57,329 nt of DNA from Aggregatilineales bacterium (GTDB lineage Bacteria > Chloroflexota > Anaerolineae > Aggregatilineales > Phototrophicaceae): contig JBBSNT010000001.1 in assembly GCA_038260485.1 (NCBI GenBank), positions 1-57,329 of the forward strand, read 5' to 3'. This document shows positions 36,571 to 45,702 of the stretch, piece after piece. Position numbers and translations under genes: made by a program. Positions within the stretch are counted from its first letter, which is position 1; each line of letters begins with the position of its first letter. The notes beneath the pieces were generated by a model. It did no database searches, was not told where the DNA came from, and saw nothing but the letters and a program-made list of their open reading frames with translations.

Positions 36571-36602
36571 TCGCACCTCCTCAGTTCCCTAATCGTTTGT
36601 CC

Positions 36603-36630
36603 GTAGGGGCGTTATATATAACGCCCCTAC
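36603..36630. repeat. Perfect 28-bp GTAG-type REP-like palindrome
   Basis: GTAGGGGCGTTATATATAACGCCCCTAC is its own reverse complement; intergenic. Confidence 0.75.
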
Positions 36631-36671
36631 AAGCCGCTATCCATAATTCGCCGCCTATATTATACCGAGCG

Positions 36672-37352
36672 CTATTGCAGATTAATGTAGGGGATGTCGC
36701 CAAACGTGCGGATTTTCTCTAGCGGCAGCGCGACCAGCCGCCCGCCTTCGCGGTAATCGAGCGCGAGCGTCGTGAACGAGAGGATGCGGTCGGCAAATGG
36801 ATTGATCGTCGGGGAGATTTCGATCAAGTTGGTGAGCAGGGTCGAACGGGTCGCCAGCAGCAGCACGCACGCCTCGACGAACTGCCAGCCCTGCGGCGTG
36901 TACGGGTAAGCCAGAATCGTCTGTGGCTTGAGGATCGACTTCGGCTTGCTCGAGTCGCGGTACTTCTTGAACAGCAGCTCCCATTCGCGCGATGTCAGTT
37001 TGCGCTCGGCAAGTGCGACGGTTTCGGCAGACAGCCCACGCAGCCGATCCAGCAGATGCGACTGATACTCGCGGGCGGTCATGATACGCACGTCCGCCTG
37101 CCGAATGCCGCTGCGCCCGACTTCGTCCACCATGTCGGTGAGCGTCACCTCACAGGCGACCGCCTCGCCGCTTTCGAGCGCAAAGCACTTGAGCGCCGGA
37201 GTCGCGCCATATCGATCCCAACCCTGACCGCGCGGCATCGCCCCGCGCCAGATCGTCTTGAGCGTCTCCGGGTCAATGCCGTCGGTTGGCGTCGTGAAGT
37301 TATAGCCGCGCCGCGCCCCTTCGAGCACGTAGCTGATCGTGAGTTCGTGCAT
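36672..37352 (-). CDS. Hypothetical protein, candidate GTPase-associated (GAP1-N/longin-like) partner
   Basis: Well-formed 226-aa ORF directly downstream of the small GTPase; 'GY...T.G' and 'DEVGRSG' motifs. Family assignment is tentative. Confidence 0.6.
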   Translation of the reverse strand: MHELTISYVLEGARRGYNFTTPTDGIDPETLKTIWRGAMPRGQGWDRYGATPALKCFALESGEAVACEVTLTDMVDEVGRSGIRQADVRIMTAREYQSHLLDRLRGLSAETVALAERKLTSREWELLFKKYRDSSKPKSILKPQTILAYPYTPQGWQFVEACVLLLATRSTLLTNLIEISPTINPFADRILSFTTLALDYREGGRLVALPLEKIRTFGDIPYINLQ

Positions 37353-37418
37353 GGGAAATTCGCTTTTAGCTGCTGAAGATTCAGTGTGGCAATATAGATG
37401 ATGCTGCCAATCTGCGGC

Positions 37419-37545
37419 GCGCTGGGTTTAAACCCAGCGCTACCGAAGTGCGCGACCCACTGAGGGGGTCGCAAGAACAATCCTGCGCTTGAGTCGCCCC
37501 TTGAGTGGGCGACATTCTTTCTAGCCGAGGGTTTAAACCCTCGGC
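37419..37545. repeat. REPIN-like four-hairpin element, copy 2 (inverted)
   Basis: GCGCTGGGTTTAAACCCAGCGC-TAC ... CTAG-CCGAGGGTTTAAACCCTCGGC; the reverse complement aligns with 31880-32006. Confidence 0.8.
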
Positions 37546-37553
37546 GGCGGCTT

Positions 37554-38258
37554 TTATGCCTTTGGCTGCGGACGGATGTGGTTGAAGAACGTCCGCATGG
37601 CGTCACGCACGCCGACGCCAGTCGAGATACTGCTCGAATGGATCGTCGCTTGATAGCCGAGTCGATCCGCCTGATTGTTCAGGCGCTTGACCTCGTTGCT
37701 GTAATTCGCCATCAGCTTGTCGAGCGTCGTGTCTTTGAGCCATAGATCGCTCTTGTTGACGAGGATCATGACCGACTTCAGGTTACGCTTGGCGTCGCCT
37801 TCTTCCTCGATCATGTTCATGACGAAGTTGAGCGCATCCTTGTGCTTGAGCACGTCGCTGTCGTCGATCAGGAAGATAATCCCGCGCGGCTTCACGTCGC
37901 GGAACAATTCGATCCAGTCGGTTTCCCACATTTCATGCTCGCCGCCGACATCGCGGGTGGGCTTGAGCCGGATCATCTCGTCGCCGATGTAGGAACTGAA
38001 CGAGCTGACGTTATCCCCGCCGGGAGCGGTTGGCGCAGGCTGGAATTCGTCCAGCGTGGCGACGTTCTGGCGCAGCCACTCGATCAGGGTTGTTTTACCC
38101 GTTTGCCGTGCGCCCAAAATGATGAACGGCAGCCCCAGCACTTTGACGTAGACGAAATCGTAGATACGGTCGGCACTTTGCGTCAGCGAATTGGCGAATT
38201 TGCTGCTGCTCACAGAGCCGAAGATGGCGCTGAAAAATTGATCGATCAGGTTGGTCAT
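37554..38258 (-). CDS. Ras-superfamily (Arf/Sar1-like) small GTPase
   Basis: G1 'GARQTGKT', G2 'PT', G3 'DVGG', 'GIIFLID', G4 'NKSD', G5-like 'SSISTGVGV'. ATG 38258 preceded by GGAAGG. Confidence 0.8.
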   Translation of the reverse strand: MTNLIDQFFSAIFGSVSSSKFANSLTQSADRIYDFVYVKVLGLPFIILGARQTGKTTLIEWLRQNVATLDEFQPAPTAPGGDNVSSFSSYIGDEMIRLKPTRDVGGEHEMWETDWIELFRDVKPRGIIFLIDDSDVLKHKDALNFVMNMIEEEGDAKRNLKSVMILVNKSDLWLKDTTLDKLMANYSNEVKRLNNQADRLGYQATIHSSSISTGVGVRDAMRTFFNHIRPQPKA

Positions 38259-38396
38259 TTTGCCCTTCCAACAACCAGTTATGCTGCCATTGTATACGGA
38301 TTTTGTCGGAAAAAGTCGCAAAATCGCTGAATGCGCGTGTAATATAAGGCTCAGGTCGCTGTTCGCGCGTGCCGTGATTTACACTGTGGGTGAAGC

Positions 38397-39155
38397 ATGA
38401 AAGAAACCGAAGCCATCATCGAGCGCGTTCGCCGTGTGAGCGAAACGCATCAACATCTCATCGTCGCCGTCGATTCGTCGCTGACCAGCATCAAACCGGG
38501 GCAGTCCTTCCTCGCGCGCGTCGGTGACTCGTGGACGCCCTACCTGCGCGAGCATTGGCTGCCCGTCGCTATCGAGAAAAATATGCTGGTGATCGAACGT
38601 CCCGCGTCGTCCTATTACGAACCGGGCACGATTGTCAGCCTGATCGGCATTATTGGGCAGCCGTTTCGCTTCCGGCGCACGCTGCGCAACGTCCTGTTGG
38701 TCGCCTACAACAGCGAGCCAACCCCGCTGATGATGACCATTCCGGCGCTGCTGGCGAACAACGTCAGCGTGACGCTGCTGATGCTCGGTACGGATTACAG
38801 CACGCAGCATCTGCCGCCCGAAGTCGAAGTGATTCAGGGCGAAGTCAAGCCGGATAAGGAACTGCCCGCCGACAAGCTGGATTGGGCGAACCGAGTCACG
38901 ACGATTGGTTGGGCGGATCAAGTCTTTGCGACTGTTCCGCCGGACGATGAAATAGCGGGCTTCCGCGAAATCTTCGGCTTGTTCTCAGCGCTGCGCGCCG
39001 ACATTCCCGCGAATTATCTGTTTGGCGTTTTCCGCCCGCTGCTTCCCTGCGGAGTCGGTGCGTGTTCGGCTTGTATGGTCAAACTCAAGGAAGGGACAGC
39101 GCTGATGTGCGTCGATGGTCCCGCGCTCGACTTGACGAAAGTGTCGCTGACGTAA
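38397..39155 (+). CDS. PyrK-like electron-transfer protein (FAD-binding barrel + [2Fe-2S])
   Basis: 'IKPGQSFL', 'GIIGQPF', C-terminal 'CGVGACSAC...CVDGP'. Confidence 0.75.
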   Translation: MKETEAIIERVRRVSETHQHLIVAVDSSLTSIKPGQSFLARVGDSWTPYLREHWLPVAIEKNMLVIERPASSYYEPGTIVSLIGIIGQPFRFRRTLRNVLLVAYNSEPTPLMMTIPALLANNVSVTLLMLGTDYSTQHLPPEVEVIQGEVKPDKELPADKLDWANRVTTIGWADQVFATVPPDDEIAGFREIFGLFSALRADIPANYLFGVFRPLLPCGVGACSACMVKLKEGTALMCVDGPALDLTKVSLT

Positions 39156-39232
39156 GCACGCTGGATAACTCACAAATAATCTGTGTAATCTTGGGTTAAA
39201 TTGGGATATACCCGCCGTAAGGTTGGGATAAA

Positions 39233-40555
39233 TTAACCGTTATCGCGTAAAGGCAGTCGGTCACAGCCGCTCCCAACGATCATGTACTGTCCATCAAGCC
39301 AGCCTTCTTGACCCTCGTAAGTCGCATACCACCAGAGCGCATCATTTTCGCTAGCAATCCCTTTGCCGTAGAGTTCGACAGTTGTGCCAAAGGGGATCAC
39401 GGTGAGGGTGTCACTGTTGGTGTCAGGCGCGGATCGCAAGCGCAGATTGTATTCGACCGACGCGACGCAGGGCGTGACGGCTGTAAGCGTGGAGGTCGGC
39501 GTGCGCGTGCTGTAGTGGTAGCGTGTCGCTGACGGCGTCGCCGTTGGGCGCGGTGTGCTGGTGTGGGTGGGCGTCGGCGTCGCTGAAGGCTGTTTGCGGG
39601 GGCGGCTTTCGGTTGCTTGCACCGCTTCGGTCGCGGATTCAGTCGCAAAGGCGAACAGATTGGGACGGGTGGCGTTCGGGTCGGGTGTTGCGCCGCCGAG
39701 CCGCGCACCGAGCGTGTTAAGGTCGCTATTGACGGCGATGCGGATGAACGCCTCCATCTGGCTGAGCGCGAGCGCGGCTTGAAAGGCGTTGATCTCGCCG
39801 CGCGCCGCCGATTCGCGGACGCCCGCGCGCATGATTTCGCCGATCGCTGCAATCACATGATCGACATCCCCGCCGTGCTGCTCGATGATCTGCGCGAGCG
39901 GTGTGCCCTCTTGTAGCGCGTCGGTGATCTCCGTAGGATCGATGTCGATTTCGTCGGTCACCGCAGTGGTAATTGCTTTGAATAACTGCTCGGTACGGTC
40001 TTGCTGATCAGGATTGAGCGTTGCTGTGCCTAATCCGGCGGTCGGGGCTGCTGCTTCGGCTGACGCTGCGACGGTCGCTTGAGGATCGAACGCCTGAGCG
40101 ACGGCTGTCGGAACGGCAGCGAGCTGCTCCTGCACGGAGAGATAAGCGCCCATGAAGGGTATGACGAAGGCGGCGATGATCAGCAGGACGCCGCTGTACA
40201 AGCCCAAGATGCCGCGCGATCCTTTGAGCCCCTGCGGGCGGAAGAACTCGGCGATGCCGATGATCAGGCTGAGCGCCGCTAATCCGCCGCCGACTAGCAG
40301 CACTGCCTGCGCGATGCGCGCGTCGGGGACGGCGTCAAGGTTCTCGGCGTCGGGTAAATGTGCGATCACCAGCCCGACTAGTAGAATCAGCGCAGTGAGG
40401 AACGTCAGCAGAATATCGACGAAGCCGACCGTCTGCCGCCGTAAAATGGTTTTGATCAAGTTATTGAGAGCAAACAGCACGGCGAAAACTGCGCCCGCGC
40501 CGATCAGTAAATAAGCGCCCAATACATCTCCCTGTGAATTTCTGAAAGAGTTCAT
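39233..40555 (-). CDS. Membrane protein with four N-terminal TM helices, P/T linker and C-terminal SH3b-like domain
   Basis: '[21 protein letters not shown]...[13 protein letters not shown]' SH3b pattern. Confidence 0.75.
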   Translation of the reverse strand: MNSFRNSQGDVLGAYLLIGAGAVFAVLFALNNLIKTILRRQTVGFVDILLTFLTALILLVGLVIAHLPDAENLDAVPDARIAQAVLLVGGGLAALSLIIGIAEFFRPQGLKGSRGILGLYSGVLLIIAAFVIPFMGAYLSVQEQLAAVPTAVAQAFDPQATVAASAEAAAPTAGLGTATLNPDQQDRTEQLFKAITTAVTDEIDIDPTEITDALQEGTPLAQIIEQHGGDVDHVIAAIGEIMRAGVRESAARGEINAFQAALALSQMEAFIRIAVNSDLNTLGARLGGATPDPNATRPNLFAFATESATEAVQATESRPRKQPSATPTPTHTSTPRPTATPSATRYHYSTRTPTSTLTAVTPCVASVEYNLRLRSAPDTNSDTLTVIPFGTTVELYGKGIASENDALWWYATYEGQEGWLDGQYMIVGSGCDRLPLRDNG

Positions 40556-40639
40556 TGTAGCGTGATTGCATCGAAATTCGAGTTAAACGTTGTTATAATC
40601 CCGCCCAGATATGTCCATTGTAATCAGGAGAGAAATCCT

Positions 40640-42637
40640 TTGACACTACCCGCAAATCTACAAGAACTTGCCGTCAACACGATCCGCACGCTGTCTATCG
40701 ACGCCGTCCAGAAAGCCAACAGCGGGCATCCGGGCTTGCCGATGGGCGCAGCGCCGATGGCGTATACGCTGTGGATGCGCCACCTGAACTTCAACCCGCG
40801 TAACCCGCATTGGGCGAACCGCGACCGCTTCATCCTCAGCGCGGGGCACGGCTCGATGCTGATCTATTCGCTGCTCTACCTGACGGGCTTCGACGTTTCG
40901 CTCGATGACCTCAAGAATTTTCGGCAGTGGAACAGCATCACGCCGGGGCATCCTGAAGTCCACCTGACGCCGGGCATCGAAACGACGACGGGACCGCTCG
41001 GTCAGGGCGCGTCGAACGCGGTCGGCTTCGCGCTGGCGGAAGCCTTTCTCGCCAAGCACTTCAACCGCCCTGATCACGAGATCGTTGACCATTACACCTA
41101 CGCGCTGGTCAGTGATGGCGATCTGATGGAAGGGGTCGCGTCCGAGGCGGCATCGCTGGCGGGTCACTGGGGCTTGGGTAAGCTGATCTACCTCTACGAT
41201 AGCAATAACGTGACGCTCGACGGTTCGGCGGACATGATCTTCACTGAGGACGTCGCTGCCCGTTTCCGGGCTTATGGCTGGCATACGCTCGAAGTCGAGG
41301 ATGGCAACGACGTCAACGCGATTGATCAGGCGATCACGGCGGCGAAGGAAACGCGCGACCGCCCGACGCTGATCGTGATCAAGACGATCATTGGCTACGG
41401 CAGCCCGAACAAGGGCGGCACGAGCGAGTCACACGGGTCGCCCTTGGGCGCGGACGAGGTTAAGCTGGTCAAGGACTTCTACGGCTTCCCGCAGGAGGCG
41501 TTCTACGTCCCCGGTGAGGCGCTCGAACACTTCCGCGAGTCGGTTGACAAGGGCGCTGAGGAAGAAAGCGCGTGGAACGAAACGTTTCAGGCGTGGCGCA
41601 GCGCCTTCCCTGACCTCGCCTCTGAGTGGGACACGGCAATGGCGGGCGAACTGCCTGACGGTTGGGATGCCGATATTCCGGTCTACAGCGGCGACAAGCA
41701 GATCGCCACGCGCGTCGCTTCCGGCGAAGTGCTCAACGCGATTGCCAAACACATCCCGACCATGATTGGCGGCGACGCTGACCTCGCGGGCAGCACGCGC
41801 ACGCTGATCAAGGGCGCGGAGAACACGAATTATCGCCATCCCGCTGAGCGCAACCTGCGCTTCGGTGTGCGTGAGCATGGCATGGGCGTGATTGTCAACG
41901 GACTGGCGCTGCACGGCGGGATCATCAAGCCCTACAGCGCGACTTTCCTGACTTTCAGCGATTACATGCGCCCAACGATTCGCTTAGGGGCGTTGATGGG
42001 GATTCCGACACTCTACGTGTTCACGCATGACAGCATCGGCTTGGGCGAGGATGGTCCGACGCATCAGCCGATTGAGCAGGTGATGTCGCTGCGGCTGATC
42101 CCCGACCTGTACGTGTTCCGCCCCGCCGATGCCAACGAGGCGGCGGCATCATGGCGCGCGGCGATGACGCTCGACAAGCCGGCGACTCTAATCTTCACGC
42201 GACAAAACCTGCCGATCCTCGAAAACAGCGCTGCGCTGCGTGCCGGTGTTGCGCGCGGCGGCTACGTGCTGGCGGACTGCGACGGCACGCCGGACGTGAT
42301 CCTGCTGAGCAGCGGCAGCGAAGTTCACATCGCTCACGCCGCCTACAAGACGCTGACCGATCAAAGCGTCAAGGTGCGGCTGGTGTCGCTGCCGTGCTGG
42401 GAACTGTTCGAAGACCAGCCGCAGAGCTACCGCGACGAGGTGCTGCCGCCAAGCGTCACCGCTCGCGTGAGTATCGAAGCGGTGGTCACGCTCGGTTGGC
42501 AGAAGTGGGTTGGGACGCAGGGGGTGGCGATTGGCATCGACAAGTTCGGTGCGAGCGCTCCCTACCAGAAGATTTACGAGGAATACGGCTTGACACCGGA
42601 AGCGGTCATCAGCGCGGCAAAGGGGTTGATGGGGTAA
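40640..42637 (+). CDS. tkt: Transketolase
   Basis: 'SGHPGLPMG', '[12 protein letters not shown]', 'GPLGQG', 'SDGDLMEG', '[15 protein letters not shown]'. TTG start 40640 after AGGAG. Confidence 0.97.
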   Translation: MTLPANLQELAVNTIRTLSIDAVQKANSGHPGLPMGAAPMAYTLWMRHLNFNPRNPHWANRDRFILSAGHGSMLIYSLLYLTGFDVSLDDLKNFRQWNSITPGHPEVHLTPGIETTTGPLGQGASNAVGFALAEAFLAKHFNRPDHEIVDHYTYALVSDGDLMEGVASEAASLAGHWGLGKLIYLYDSNNVTLDGSADMIFTEDVAARFRAYGWHTLEVEDGNDVNAIDQAITAAKETRDRPTLIVIKTIIGYGSPNKGGTSESHGSPLGADEVKLVKDFYGFPQEAFYVPGEALEHFRESVDKGAEEESAWNETFQAWRSAFPDLASEWDTAMAGELPDGWDADIPVYSGDKQIATRVASGEVLNAIAKHIPTMIGGDADLAGSTRTLIKGAENTNYRHPAERNLRFGVREHGMGVIVNGLALHGGIIKPYSATFLTFSDYMRPTIRLGALMGIPTLYVFTHDSIGLGEDGPTHQPIEQVMSLRLIPDLYVFRPADANEAAASWRAAMTLDKPATLIFTRQNLPILENSAALRAGVARGGYVLADCDGTPDVILLSSGSEVHIAHAAYKTLTDQSVKVRLVSLPCWELFEDQPQSYRDEVLPPSVTARVSIEAVVTLGWQKWVGTQGVAIGIDKFGASAPYQKIYEEYGLTPEAVISAAKGLMG

Positions 42638-42650
42638 TAATTTCATTGTT

Positions 42651-42687
42651 AGTAGAAGGTTGAAGCCTAAAAACTTCGCCTTCTACT
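42651..42687 (+). terminator. Hairpin downstream of tkt, probable terminator
   Basis: AGTAGAAGG..GAAG / CTTC..CCTTCTACT inverted repeat just after the stop codon; weak U-tail. Confidence 0.45.
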
Positions 42688-42797
42688 GCTGAATTGAGCT
42701 TATAGGGAGCGAATTTGCACTCACAATCTTAGCACGAAATACGCCTAGCTGGTGGGTGGCTTGCACTGCTTAGACGTATATGCGAAATAGCGAGCTG

Positions 42798-42834
42798 TCT
42801 TCGGCGAGATACCGCTGCGGTATCTCGCCGAAGA
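42798..42834. repeat. Perfect 18-bp inverted repeat with 1-nt centre
   Basis: TCTTCGGCGAGATACCGC-T-GCGGTATCTCGCCGAAGA. Confidence 0.75.
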
Positions 42835-42997
42835 AGCCGTGCAGTTGGAAGTATAAAAGGATGTACCGATATAAGCGTCTGCCGTTCCAGCCAATTTTTG
42901 TAAACCTCATCCGTCTACTCGGCGCAGCGCTCAACTTCACACAAACTACGGATGAGCCACTCAATTGGGAATAGACGACATTTAACTGAAATGTCGT

Positions 42998-43043
42998 TTG
43001 AACTTAATCATATCGGTGCTATACTAGATTTGTCCGGACAGGT
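42998..43043 (+). promoter_or_regulatory. Promoter with AraR-like operator
   Basis: TTGAAC (42998) and extended -10 TGcTATACT (43017-25), followed by ATTTGTCCGGACAGGT (43028-43) with perfect core TGTCCGGACA. Confidence 0.6.
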
Positions 43044-43053
43044 TTCGACATGT

Positions 43054-44175
43054 ATGATGGAATTCCAGATTTCACATTCGAGTTCGCTGCCGCTGCATTT
43101 ACAGCTTCTGGATGAACTGCGTCATAAGGTCAAGAGCGGGCTGCTCAAGCCGCATGACCGGCTTCCGGGAGAGTGGGAACTCGTCCAAACTCTGAACATC
43201 AGCCGCACGACCATCCAGCGCGCGTGGCAGGCAGCACAGGATGAAGGGCTGATTTACCGAGTCGCCGGCAAGGGGACATTCGTCGCCGAACCACCGAGCA
43301 CTAATGCCCGCGACCTCGTTGGCTTCTTCCTGCCGGAGTATCGCGGTACCTTCGCCGTCCAGATGCTCAACGGCGCGGAGCGAACGCTGCGCGAGCATGG
43401 CTTCCGCGTTCAGATCGCCAGTACAGATCGCAGCATTACGGAAGAAAATCGGCTGCTGTGTCTGCTCACGGACGAGGGCGCGGTCGGGTGCATCCTCGTA
43501 CCAGCGCGGGCGAGCGCAGCGGGGCGCGTACTGGCGTCGCCCGACTTCAAGCTGCCACTTGTGCTGATGGATCGTCCGGTCAACGGCGTCGTGCTCCCGT
43601 GCGTATGCAGCAACAACTACGAAGGCGGCTTGCAAGCGATGGAGTACCTGATCGAATTGGGACACCGCCGGATCATCTTCTTCGCCCGTCCTCACCTTGA
43701 TTTGTGGTCAGTGTCGGAGCGCTACCGCGCCTATCAGGACGCCATGCTCCGCCACGGTGCTGAGCCGCAGCCACCGTTTCTGGTCGGCGGCAACGGCGAA
43801 ATGAGTTCCTACGAAGCCTACACGCTCCAGCAGGACGATACCGAGATTCACCCGTTAATCGACCTATTGAAATCCCCCCAACGCCCGACTGCGATCTTCG
43901 CGGTCAACGATTGGATGGCGCTCAAAGCCCAACGCGCCATCACCCTCGCGGGGCTGCGGAATCCTGAAGATGTTTCCCTGATGGGCTTCGACGATCTCGA
44001 CATTGCTCAATATCAAACCCCGCCGCTAACGACGATAGCCCAGAATAGTTCGCTGATGGGCGCGGAAGCCGCGCGCCGGCTGATCACGCGCATCGAGGGA
44101 GAGGAGAATGAAAGCATCCTGACATTGGTACCGACACGGCTGGTCGTTCGGCAGTCGACCGCACCGCTACCGTGA
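43054..44175 (+). CDS. AraR-type regulator (GntR wHTH + LacI-type sensor domain)
   Basis: 'RLPGEWELVQTLNISRTTIQRA...AGKGTFV'; 'TAIFAVNDWMA', 'DVSLMGFDD', 'LTTIAQ', 'LVVRQST'. Confidence 0.9.
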   Translation: MMEFQISHSSSLPLHLQLLDELRHKVKSGLLKPHDRLPGEWELVQTLNISRTTIQRAWQAAQDEGLIYRVAGKGTFVAEPPSTNARDLVGFFLPEYRGTFAVQMLNGAERTLREHGFRVQIASTDRSITEENRLLCLLTDEGAVGCILVPARASAAGRVLASPDFKLPLVLMDRPVNGVVLPCVCSNNYEGGLQAMEYLIELGHRRIIFFARPHLDLWSVSERYRAYQDAMLRHGAEPQPPFLVGGNGEMSSYEAYTLQQDDTEIHPLIDLLKSPQRPTAIFAVNDWMALKAQRAITLAGLRNPEDVSLMGFDDLDIAQYQTPPLTTIAQNSSLMGAEAARRLITRIEGEENESILTLVPTRLVVRQSTAPLP

Positions 44176-44268
44176 AGTTTTTAGGATTGGAGTTGTTTCA
44201 GACGGGCAGTTGGCGCGCAGATGTCCGCAATAAAGAGCTGAGTATTTTGTCTAAAGGAGTATAAGATC

Positions 44269-45633
44269 ATGTTGAAGCGTTCCCTTTACTTTCTGCTGCT
44301 AGTTTGCCTCATGGCACTGGTAGGCGGCATTCAGGCGCAAGACAGCGCCATCGAACTGACCATCAGCGGTATCAACGGCGCTGATACGCAGCAGTGGATT
44401 AACGACTACGTCAAGCCAGCTTTCGAGCAGCAAATGGCTGATGCCGGCAAGGATGTCACCGTCACCGTCATCCCGTTCACCGGCACGGGCGAAGACCTGC
44501 GCCAGCAGTATGCGCTCGACCTCGGCGTCGAGCAGGGCGCTGACATCCTCTCGTTCGACGGCTTCTGGATTCCCGAATTCGCCGACGCCGGGCTGATCAA
44601 GCCGCTCTCGGAAGTAGCTGGCTCCCAAGTTCTCGATTGGGAAGGCTGGCAGGCGATCCCCGCCGGGCTTCAGCAAATCCTCGGCTACAATGGCGACCTG
44701 TACGGCATCGCCTACGGCACCGACGCCCGCGAAATCTGGTATCGCACCGACTTGTTCGAGCAGGCAGGTCTGCCCGCCGACTGGCAGCCGACGAGCTGGC
44801 AGGAATGGCTTGACGCCGCCCGCACCATCAAGGAAAAACTGCCGGATGTCACCCCGATTCAGTTGAATGCGGGTACGGCGATGGGCGAAGCCACCACCAT
44901 GCAGGGCTACTATATGGCGCTGTTGGGTGGAGGTGGTCACGTCTACGATTTCGCTAACAACAAGTGGCCCGTCAGCAGCCCGGCGATCCTCGACACGCTC
45001 AATCTGTACAAAACTATCTACATCGACGAAGGTCTAGGCGATCCGCGTTACCAACTGACGCAGGATGGTCGCAACCAGTCGTTCCAAGACTTCTCGCAGG
45101 GCAAGATCGCGATGCTGGTCGAGGGCGATTATTTCTGGCGCGGTCCACTCGCCCCGAACACCGGCGACTTTGCGATGGCGAACCGCGACGAAGTGGTCAA
45201 CTTCGCCAAGTTCCCCGCCATGGATCCCGGCATGGGCTACAACGGTCAGGACTTCGTGACCATCTCCGGCGGTACTGGCTTCATCCTCAACCCTAACACG
45301 AAGAATCCGGAAGAAGCTTGGGCGCTGCTGTCCTTCATGTTCAGCAAGGATATGATGGATCAACTGCAGTCGATCACCCCGCGCATCCGTGCTCGTACCG
45401 ACGTCGCCGTGACCGGCGATGCCACCATGAGCCGCATCGCGTCGGAAGTGCTGCCGCTGACGACCGTTCGTCCGCCGCTCGCCGACTACAACAAGGTTTC
45501 GCAAGAAGCGCAGTTGATGACCGAGCGTGTGGTTTCGGGCGAAATGTCGCCGGAAGAAGCCATGCAAGCCTACGATGATGCCGTCACAGCCATCGTCGGC
45601 GAAGACAATGTGGAACGAATTCCGCTGAGCTAG
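44269..45633 (+). CDS. Carbohydrate ABC transporter substrate-binding protein
   Basis: Signal peptide, 'WYRTDLFEQAG', 'GKIAML', 'GGTGF', 'EEAWALLSF'; AAGGAG RBS. Confidence 0.9.
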   Translation: MLKRSLYFLLLVCLMALVGGIQAQDSAIELTISGINGADTQQWINDYVKPAFEQQMADAGKDVTVTVIPFTGTGEDLRQQYALDLGVEQGADILSFDGFWIPEFADAGLIKPLSEVAGSQVLDWEGWQAIPAGLQQILGYNGDLYGIAYGTDAREIWYRTDLFEQAGLPADWQPTSWQEWLDAARTIKEKLPDVTPIQLNAGTAMGEATTMQGYYMALLGGGGHVYDFANNKWPVSSPAILDTLNLYKTIYIDEGLGDPRYQLTQDGRNQSFQDFSQGKIAMLVEGDYFWRGPLAPNTGDFAMANRDEVVNFAKFPAMDPGMGYNGQDFVTISGGTGFILNPNTKNPEEAWALLSFMFSKDMMDQLQSITPRIRARTDVAVTGDATMSRIASEVLPLTTVRPPLADYNKVSQEAQLMTERVVSGEMSPEEAMQAYDDAVTAIVGEDNVERIPLS

Positions 45634-45649
45634 CTATTTTGATCCGCGA

Positions 45650-45682
45650 CGCTGCCCGACGCGAACGCTGCGCCGGGCAGCG
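45650..45682 (+). promoter_or_regulatory. Intercistronic hairpin after the SBP gene (possible mRNA-stability element)
   Basis: CGCTGCCCG / CGGGCAGCG arms. Confidence 0.4.
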
Positions 45683-45702
45683 CCTTCTCGATAGTGATTA
45701 TC

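Noticed and set aside
31880-37545. Composite transposon bounded by the two inverted REPIN-like copies
   Set aside because: The copies are diverged, there is no transposase, and one copy separates the GTPase from its downstream gene. Independent insertions are more likely.
42770-42974. Two 64-aa ORFs on opposite strands
   Set aside because: They span a perfect palindrome, with no RBS and no protein-like features.
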